From: an uncultured Actinomycetes bacterium
Lineage (GTDB): Bacteria > Actinomycetota > Thermoleophilia > UBA2241
NCBI GenBank assembly: GCA_963709345.1
Contig: CAVPVX010000007.1
Span: forward strand, 64,001-128,000
Reading direction: 5' to 3'
DNA: 64,000 nt
In this document: positions 58,302-64,000 of the stretch, in pieces
How positions within the stretch are numbered: position 1 is the first letter of the stretch
How the letters are laid out: each line of letters starts with the position of its first letter
Program-made: the position numbers and the translations under genes
Notes under the pieces: generated by a model
The model's database searches: none
The model's input: the letters and a program-made list of their open reading frames with translations, nothing else
Told to the model about the DNA's origin: nothing

Positions 58302-58328
58302 TAGTCGGCAGCCCTGCAAAAAGCTTGA
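58302..58328 (-). promoter_or_regulatory. sigma28/WhiG-type promoter upstream of 6S RNA (TCAA-N15-GCCGACTA)
   Basis: Same motif and spacing as the four pilus promoters. Confidence 0.6.
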
Positions 58329-58365
58329 GTGCTGCGCCTGAAGCGGTACCGCGCGCGGTGCGGGG

Positions 58366-60129
58366 TTACCCGAGGCGGACGCGCAACTCCTTGAGCTGAC
58401 CGGCGGTGACCGCCCCCGGCGCGGCCGTCATAGGGTCGCCGCCCGAGGACGTCTTGGGGAAGGCAATGACGTCGCGGATCGAGTCGGCGCCGGCGAGCAG
58501 CATGATGATGCGATCGAAGCCCAGGCCGATGCCCCCGTGCGGCGGCGCGCCGTAGTCCAGCGCCTCGAGGAACCAGCCGAAGGCCTCGTCGATACGCGCG
58601 TCGTCCATACCCAGAGCGCGCAGGATGGCGCGCTGGACGACGGCGTCGTGGTTGCGCAGGGAACCGGAGCCCAGCTCGACGCCGTTCAGCACCAGGTCGT
58701 ACTGCGCGCCGCGCACGGCGAGCGGGTCGCTCTCGAGGAGCGGCATCGTCGCCTCGGTCGGCAGGCTGAACGGGTTGTGGCCGTACGTGAGCGCACCCGT
58801 CTCCTTGTCGATCTCGAACAGCGGGAATTCCTCTACCCAGAGGAGCGCCCAGCGGTCGGAGGGCCTGGGCGCGAGGAGCCCGATGAGGGCGAGGCGCAGG
58901 GCGCCGAGCACCTCGGCGGCGACGGGCGACTCGTCGGCGGCGAAGACGATGAGGTCGCCGGGCTCGCCGCCGCAGCGCTCGACGAGCGCGGCCTGCTCGG
59001 CCTCCGCGAGGAACTTGACGATGGGGCCGCGCAGCGCGCGGCCTTCCTCGACGTACACGTAGGCCATGCCCTTGGCGCCGTGCTCTTTGGCGTGCTCGGT
59101 GAGTCTGTCGATCTGCGCCCGGCTGAGCGAACCGCCGCCGGGCGCCCGGATCGCGCGCACGACGCCGCCCGCTTCGACGGCGCCGCGGAAGACCTTGAAC
59201 GCGCTCGCCGCGAACGTCTCACTGAGCTCGACGATCTCGAAGCCGTAGCGCAGGTCGGGTTTGTCGCTGCCGTAGCGCAGCATCGCCTCGTCGTACGTGA
59301 GGCGCGGGAGCGGAGTGGCGGGCGGGGTCTCCCCCGCGCCCTCGAAGATCGCGGTCATGAGGCCCTCGAGCAACTCGCGGATCTCGGGCACGGTGAGGAA
59401 CGACATCTCGAGGTCGATCTGCGTGTGCTCGGGCTGGCGATCGGCGCGCAGGTCCTCGTCGCGGAAGCAGCGCGCGAACTGGTAGTAGCGGTCGACACCT
59501 CCCACCATGAGGATCTGCTTGAACATCTGTGGGGACTGCGGGAGCGCGTAGAAGCGGTGCGGCTGCAGGCGCGAGGGCACGAGGAAGTCACGAGCGCCCT
59601 CGGGCGAGGACTTCGTCAGGTCGGGCGTCTCGACCTCGAGGAAGCGGTTCGCGTTGAGGAACGCCCGCGCCGCCTGCGTCGCGGCATGCCGCAATTCGAG
59701 GTTGGCCAGCATCGGGGCGCGGCGCAGATCGAGATAGCGATACTTGAGACGGAGGGTCTCGTCGACGTCGACCTGCTCGGCGCTCTCGATCTCGAAGGGC
59801 GGTGTCTTGGCGCGGCCCAGGATCTCGAGAGCATCAACCTGCACCTCCACGTCGCCGCTCGGCAGGTTCGGGTTCACCGTCTCCGTGGAGCGGGCGACGA
59901 CCACGCCGCGGATGCCGAGCACGTATTCAGGACGCACCTGTTCGGCAAGCGCGTGCTCGGCGGCGGCGTGCGACGGGTCGACCACCAGTTGCACGAGGCC
60001 ACTGCGGTCGCGCAGGTCGATGAAGATGAGGCCGCCGTGGTCGCGCCGGCGAGCGACCCAGCCGGCCAGGCTCACGGCGCGGCCGACGTCACCGGCGCGC
60101 AGCTCTCCGGGATACGCATCGCGCAGCAT
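58366..60129 (-). CDS. aspS: Aspartate--tRNA ligase
   Basis: RRRDHGGLIFIDLRD, LRLKYRYLDLR, PEGARDF, LPQSPQ, FRDEDLRADRQPE, GAPPHGG. Confidence 0.97.
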   Translation of the reverse strand: MLRDAYPGELRAGDVGRAVSLAGWVARRRDHGGLIFIDLRDRSGLVQLVVDPSHAAAEHALAEQVRPEYVLGIRGVVVARSTETVNPNLPSGDVEVQVDALEILGRAKTPPFEIESAEQVDVDETLRLKYRYLDLRRAPMLANLELRHAATQAARAFLNANRFLEVETPDLTKSSPEGARDFLVPSRLQPHRFYALPQSPQMFKQILMVGGVDRYYQFARCFRDEDLRADRQPEHTQIDLEMSFLTVPEIRELLEGLMTAIFEGAGETPPATPLPRLTYDEAMLRYGSDKPDLRYGFEIVELSETFAASAFKVFRGAVEAGGVVRAIRAPGGGSLSRAQIDRLTEHAKEHGAKGMAYVYVEEGRALRGPIVKFLAEAEQAALVERCGGEPGDLIVFAADESPVAAEVLGALRLALIGLLAPRPSDRWALLWVEEFPLFEIDKETGALTYGHNPFSLPTEATMPLLESDPLAVRGAQYDLVLNGVELGSGSLRNHDAVVQRAILRALGMDDARIDEAFGWFLEALDYGAPPHGGIGLGFDRIIMLLAGADSIRDVIAFPKTSSGGDPMTAAPGAVTAGQLKELRVRLG

Positions 60130-61394
60130 CAGGTCTCCTTCTCGAGCCGTGTGGCGACCAGTGACGGCAACTCGGCGGCGGCGACGTCCTCTTCCCCGCC
60201 GCCCTTCATCCCGCGCAGACGCACGGCTCCCTCGTCGAGCTCCTCGAGGCCGACGAGCGCGGCGAACGAGGCGCCGGCGCGTCCGGCCTGCTTGAGCTGG
60301 CCCTTGGGGCTGCGCCCGGCCAGGTCGAGGTCGGCGGCGAGGCCGGCGGCGCGCAGGCTCTGCGCCAGCGCGAACGCCGCCGGTCGCGCCTCGTCGGCGA
60401 AGCAGACGACGTAGACGTCGGGCGTGCCGCCGACGGCGAGAGGCTCGCGCATCGCCAGGGCGATGCGCTCGAGGCCGCTGCCCCAACCCACGCCCGCCGT
60501 CGGAGACCCGCCGATCTGCTCGACGAGCCCGTCGTAGCGTCCGCCGCCGCCGACGCCGCTCTGCGCGCCGAGCCGGTCGGAGTTGAACTCGAAGGTGGTG
60601 CGCGTGTAGTAGTCGAGGCCGCGCACCAGACGGAAGTCGAGCTGCGGCTCCAGCCCGGCGCCGCGGACGAGAGCCAGCACGGCGTCGAAGTGATCGCGGC
60701 AGTCCGCGCACAGGTGGTCGCCGATGCGCGGAGCCTCGTCGAGCACCGCGCGGCAGCTCTCGACCTTGCAGTCGAACGTGCGCAGCGGGTTGAGGTCGAG
60801 CCGCTCGACGCAGTCGCCGCAGAGCTCGCCCTTGCGCTCGCGCAGGGAGTCACGCAGCTTGGCGACGTATGCCGGCCTGCAGGCCGCATCGCCCATGCTG
60901 TTCATAGTGAGGGTGGCGCCCTCCACGCCGAGCTCGGAGAAGATGGCCGCCAGCAGCGTGATGACCTCGGCGTCCACGGCGGGCTCGGCTGAACCGATCG
61001 CCTCGGCGCCGAACTGGTAGTGCTCGCGGTAGCGGCCGGCCTGGGGCTTCTCGTAGCGGAACATCGGGCAGTAGTACCAGAGCTTCACCGGCTGGGGCAG
61101 CTTGTGCATGCCGTGCTCGACGTAGGCGCGGCAGATCGGGGCCGTTCCCTCGGGGCGCAGCGTGAGCGAGCGGTCGCCCTTGTCGGTGAAGGTGTACATC
61201 TCCTTGCGCACGATGTCCGTGGCCGCGCCGACGCCGCGCTCGAACAGCCCCGTCTCCTCGAACTCGGGTGTGACCACGTGCCGGTACCCGTAAGCGGCGA
61301 AGACCCGCGCAGCCGCCGCGACTACGGCGTCACGCTGCTCGGCGTCGTCCGGAAGCAGGTCGTAGGTGCCCTTGGGGGCGCGCGGAGAGCTCAC
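60129..61394 (-). CDS. hisS: Histidine--tRNA ligase
   Basis: PKGTYD, LRPEGTA, FRYEKPQAGRYR, LVRGLDYYT, GGGRYDGL. Confidence 0.97.
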   Translation of the reverse strand: MSSPRAPKGTYDLLPDDAEQRDAVVAAAARVFAAYGYRHVVTPEFEETGLFERGVGAATDIVRKEMYTFTDKGDRSLTLRPEGTAPICRAYVEHGMHKLPQPVKLWYYCPMFRYEKPQAGRYREHYQFGAEAIGSAEPAVDAEVITLLAAIFSELGVEGATLTMNSMGDAACRPAYVAKLRDSLRERKGELCGDCVERLDLNPLRTFDCKVESCRAVLDEAPRIGDHLCADCRDHFDAVLALVRGAGLEPQLDFRLVRGLDYYTRTTFEFNSDRLGAQSGVGGGGRYDGLVEQIGGSPTAGVGWGSGLERIALAMREPLAVGGTPDVYVVCFADEARPAAFALAQSLRAAGLAADLDLAGRSPKGQLKQAGRAGASFAALVGLEELDEGAVRLRGMKGGGEEDVAAAELPSLVATRLEKET

Positions 61395-62041
61395 CAGCGA
61401 TACTCGGGGTCGTAGCGGAGCGGCGACAGGAACGGGTTGAGCGCGAGCTCACGGCCCAGCGACGTGTCCGGGCCGTGCCCGCTGTGGACGGCCGCGTCCG
61501 CAGGGAAGCGGCGCACGAGCATCGCGATCGAGTTGAGCAAGGCGTCCATGTCGCCGCCGGGAAGGTCGGTGCGCCCGACGCTGCCCTGGAAGAGGAGGTC
61601 GCCGACGAACAGATGCTCTTCGCCGATCGCAAAGGTGTACGAGCCACGCGAGTGCCCCGGCGTGGGAACGGCGAGCACCGGGATCGCGAGATCGAGCGAC
61701 TGCTCCCCGGCGATGGTCGTTGCCGTCTCGACCGGCTCGATGTCGAAGCCGGCCATGGAACCGAGGCCGCCGTCGGCCATCTGCCCGGCGTCCGCCTCAC
61801 CCACGTACACGGGGATGTCGAAGTGCCGCGCCAGCGGCGCCACGCCCCCGAAGTGGTCGAAGTGACCGTGCGTGACCAACACCGCGGCAGGCGCGAAGCC
61901 GAACTCGGTGAAGGCCTCGATGACGACACCGGCCTCGTCGCCGGGATCGATGACGAGCCCGGCCTCGCCGCGGACCACGATGAAGCAGTTGGCCTGCAGC
62001 GGTCCGAGCGGTAGGGCGAAGACTTCGAGAGGGTCGGGCAT
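61391..62041 (-). CDS. MBL-fold metallo-hydrolase (glyoxalase II-like)
   Basis: THGHFDH, TPGHS, GDLLF.GSVGRTD, GHG. Confidence 0.92.
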   Translation of the reverse strand: MPDPLEVFALPLGPLQANCFIVVRGEAGLVIDPGDEAGVVIEAFTEFGFAPAAVLVTHGHFDHFGGVAPLARHFDIPVYVGEADAGQMADGGLGSMAGFDIEPVETATTIAGEQSLDLAIPVLAVPTPGHSRGSYTFAIGEEHLFVGDLLFQGSVGRTDLPGGDMDALLNSIAMLVRRFPADAAVHSGHGPDTSLGRELALNPFLSPLRYDPEYRW

Positions 62042-62196
62042 GCGGCTACCTCGGGCGGTCGACGTTCGTGCGTGAGGGTATCAGACGGCGGCGAAGACGG
62101 TCGACCGCGCGCCCGTCGCCGGCGGAAGCAGAGGCTCCGCGCACGTGCTGGACCCGTCTTTCCGCCCAACGTCCCCGCGGTGACGAACGGCGTGCG

Positions 62197-64000
62197 TCAG
62201 CCGCCCACGACACGATAGGCGTCGTACACGGTGTGGATGCTGCGGATGTTGGCGAGGATGTTGTCGAGCTGGCGCACGTCGCCCACCTCGAGCGTGAACC
62301 GGTCGCGTACCACGCCATCGGGCAGCGTCTGCATGGAGCCGCCGATGATGTTCACCCCCGAGTCGGAGAGCGTGCGCGCGAGGTCTTCGAGCAGGTGGTT
62401 ACGGTCGAGAGCCTCGACCATGATCTCGACGCGGAAGGCCATGTCGCCCAGGCCCTGCCACCCCACCTTGGTGAACCGTTCCGGGTTCTTCATGAGGGCG
62501 CGCGCGTTCTTGCAGTCCTTGCGGTGGATGGTGATGCCCTTGCCGAGCGAGATGTAGCCGACGATGTCGTCACCCGGTATGGGCTTACAGCACTTGGCCA
62601 TGCGGACCATGATGTCGCTCATGCCCTCGACGGCGATCCCGAAGTCGCCCGAGAGCGCCTGCGGCTCCTCGACCTCCTGCACCGGCCGCGACGGCAGCAT
62701 CTCGGGCGGCGGCGTCGCCTCCTTCATGGTGCCGGCTCGCTGCATCACCTTGTTGGCGACCGTCTTGACGGGGATGCGGCCGGAACCCAGCGCCACGAAG
62801 AGATCGTCGGGCTTCTTGAACCCGATCTCCTTGCAGATCTGGGCGAACACCTTGGACGTCAGGATCTTCTGTGCCGGGAGACCCTCGCGGCGGAGGACCT
62901 CCTGCAGGAGGTCACGACCCGAGTGCTCGGAGTCTTCGCGCTGCTCGCGCCGGAAGTGCTGGCGGATCCTCTGACGTGCGCGCGTCGACTGGACGATGTC
63001 CAGCCAGTCTCGTGACGGGCCGTGGCTCGACTTGCTCGTGATGATCTCGATGATGTCGCCGCTGCTCAGCTTCGTGTGCAGCGGCACGATGCGACCGTTG
63101 AGCTTGGCGCCGACGGTGTGATTGCCGACGTCGGTGTGCACGGAGTAGGCGAAGTCGATCGGCGTGCTCCCCGCGGCAAGGCTCTTGACGTCGCCCTTGG
63201 GCGTGAACACGAACACCTCGTCCTCGAAGAGGTCGACGCGCAGGGTGTCCATGAACTCGCGCGGGTCGCCGGTCTCGGACTGCCACTCCATCATCTGGTG
63301 CAGCCACGCGAGCTTGTCCTGGTCGCGGTCGCCGCGGGCCTTGTAGAGCCAGTGCGCGGCGACGCCGAACTCGGCGGTCTGGTGCATGTCGAAGGTACGG
63401 ATCTGGATCTCGAGCGGCTTGCCGCCGGGGCCTATCACGGTCGTGTGCAGCGACTGGTACAGGTTGAACTTGGGCATCGCGATGTAGTCCTTGAAGCGCC
63501 CGGGGAGGGGCTTCCAGACCGAGTGGATGATGCCGACCGCCCCGTAGCAGTCCTTGATCGTCTCGACGAGCACGCGCAGGCCGGTGAGGTCGAAGATCTC
63601 GTTGAACTCCTTGCCGCCCCGGCTCATCTTCACGTAGATCGAGTAGAAGTGCTTGGCGCGGCCGGTGATCTCGGCGTTGATGCCGGCCGTGTCCAGCTCG
63701 GCGCGCAGGAAGCCGGCCGCCTCGCCGACGTAGTCCTCGCGGTCGGCGCGCCGTTGCGCCACCCACTTCTGGATCTCCTGGTACTTGCGTGGGTGGAGCG
63801 AGGCGAAGGCGAGGTCCTCCAGCTGCCACTTCAGGTTGTGGATGCCGAGCCGGTGCGCCAGAGGCGCGTACACCTCGAGCGTCTCCTTGGCCTTCTGGAT
63901 CTGCTTCTGCTTGCTCAGGTAGCACAACGTGTGCATGTTGTGGAGGCGGTCGCAGAGCTTGATCAGGATGACGCGGATGTCCGTGGCCATCGCGATGATC
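62197..64000 (-). CDS. relA: Bifunctional (p)ppGpp synthetase/hydrolase Rel (5' end lies outside the window)
   Basis: KLCDRLHN, YAPLAHRLG, GRAKH, FKDYIA, YQSLHT, EIQIRT, TGS domain, AKCC, ACT domain. Confidence 0.97.
   Translation of the reverse strand, partial: IIAMATDIRVILIKLCDRLHNMHTLCYLSKQKQIQKAKETLEVYAPLAHRLGIHNLKWQLEDLAFASLHPRKYQEIQKWVAQRRADREDYVGEAAGFLRAELDTAGINAEITGRAKHFYSIYVKMSRGGKEFNEIFDLTGLRVLVETIKDCYGAVGIIHSVWKPLPGRFKDYIAMPKFNLYQSLHTTVIGPGGKPLEIQIRTFDMHQTAEFGVAAHWLYKARGDRDQDKLAWLHQMMEWQSETGDPREFMDTLRVDLFEDEVFVFTPKGDVKSLAAGSTPIDFAYSVHTDVGNHTVGAKLNGRIVPLHTKLSSGDIIEIITSKSSHGPSRDWLDIVQSTRARQRIRQHFRREQREDSEHSGRDLLQEVLRREGLPAQKILTSKVFAQICKEIGFKKPDDLFVALGSGRIPVKTVANKVMQRAGTMKEATPPPEMLPSRPVQEVEEPQALSGDFGIAVEGMSDIMVRMAKCCKPIPGDDIVGYISLGKGITIHRKDCKNARALMKNPERFTKVGWQGLGDMAFRVEIMVEALDRNHLLEDLARTLSDSGVNIIGGSMQTLPDGVVRDRFTLEVGDVRQLDNILANIRSIHTVYDAYRVVGG

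Overview
High-GC chromosomal segment in which almost every real gene lies on the minus strand. The gene content (plsX-acpP-rnc-smc-ftsY, deoB/punA/pdp, Rrf2-iscS-iscU-mnmA, SigB-family sigma factors, no pilQ) suggests a monoderm, probably a deep-branching actinobacterium (Thermoleophilia/Rubrobacteria-like; inference). Housekeeping blocks flank a type IV pilus locus at about 31.0-47.0 kb: pilB-pilT-pilC-[sigma factor]-[c-di-GMP-I riboswitch]-pilA-pilH-pilI-pilG-like-second pilin-pilD-four minor pilins-pilMNO-PilP-like. The strongest signal read from the DNA is a layered pilus control system. Five sigma28/WhiG-type promoter motifs (TAAAG/TCAAG/TGCAG-N14/15-GCCGA) lie before pilB (inside aroE), pilC, pilA, pilM and a 6S RNA. 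The riboswitch has an expression platform that predicts OFF-switching of pilA, and an atypical SigB-family sigma occupies the usual PilS/PilR slot. Other notable items are a candidate programmed -1 frameshift joining iscU to mnmA, an ACG-started aroE, an OadA/PycB-AccB fusion and a lone small plus-strand ORF. A cluster of indels at 38.9-43.1 kb is most likely an assembly or consensus artefact. All family assignments come from recognised motifs and synteny; no database searches were run.
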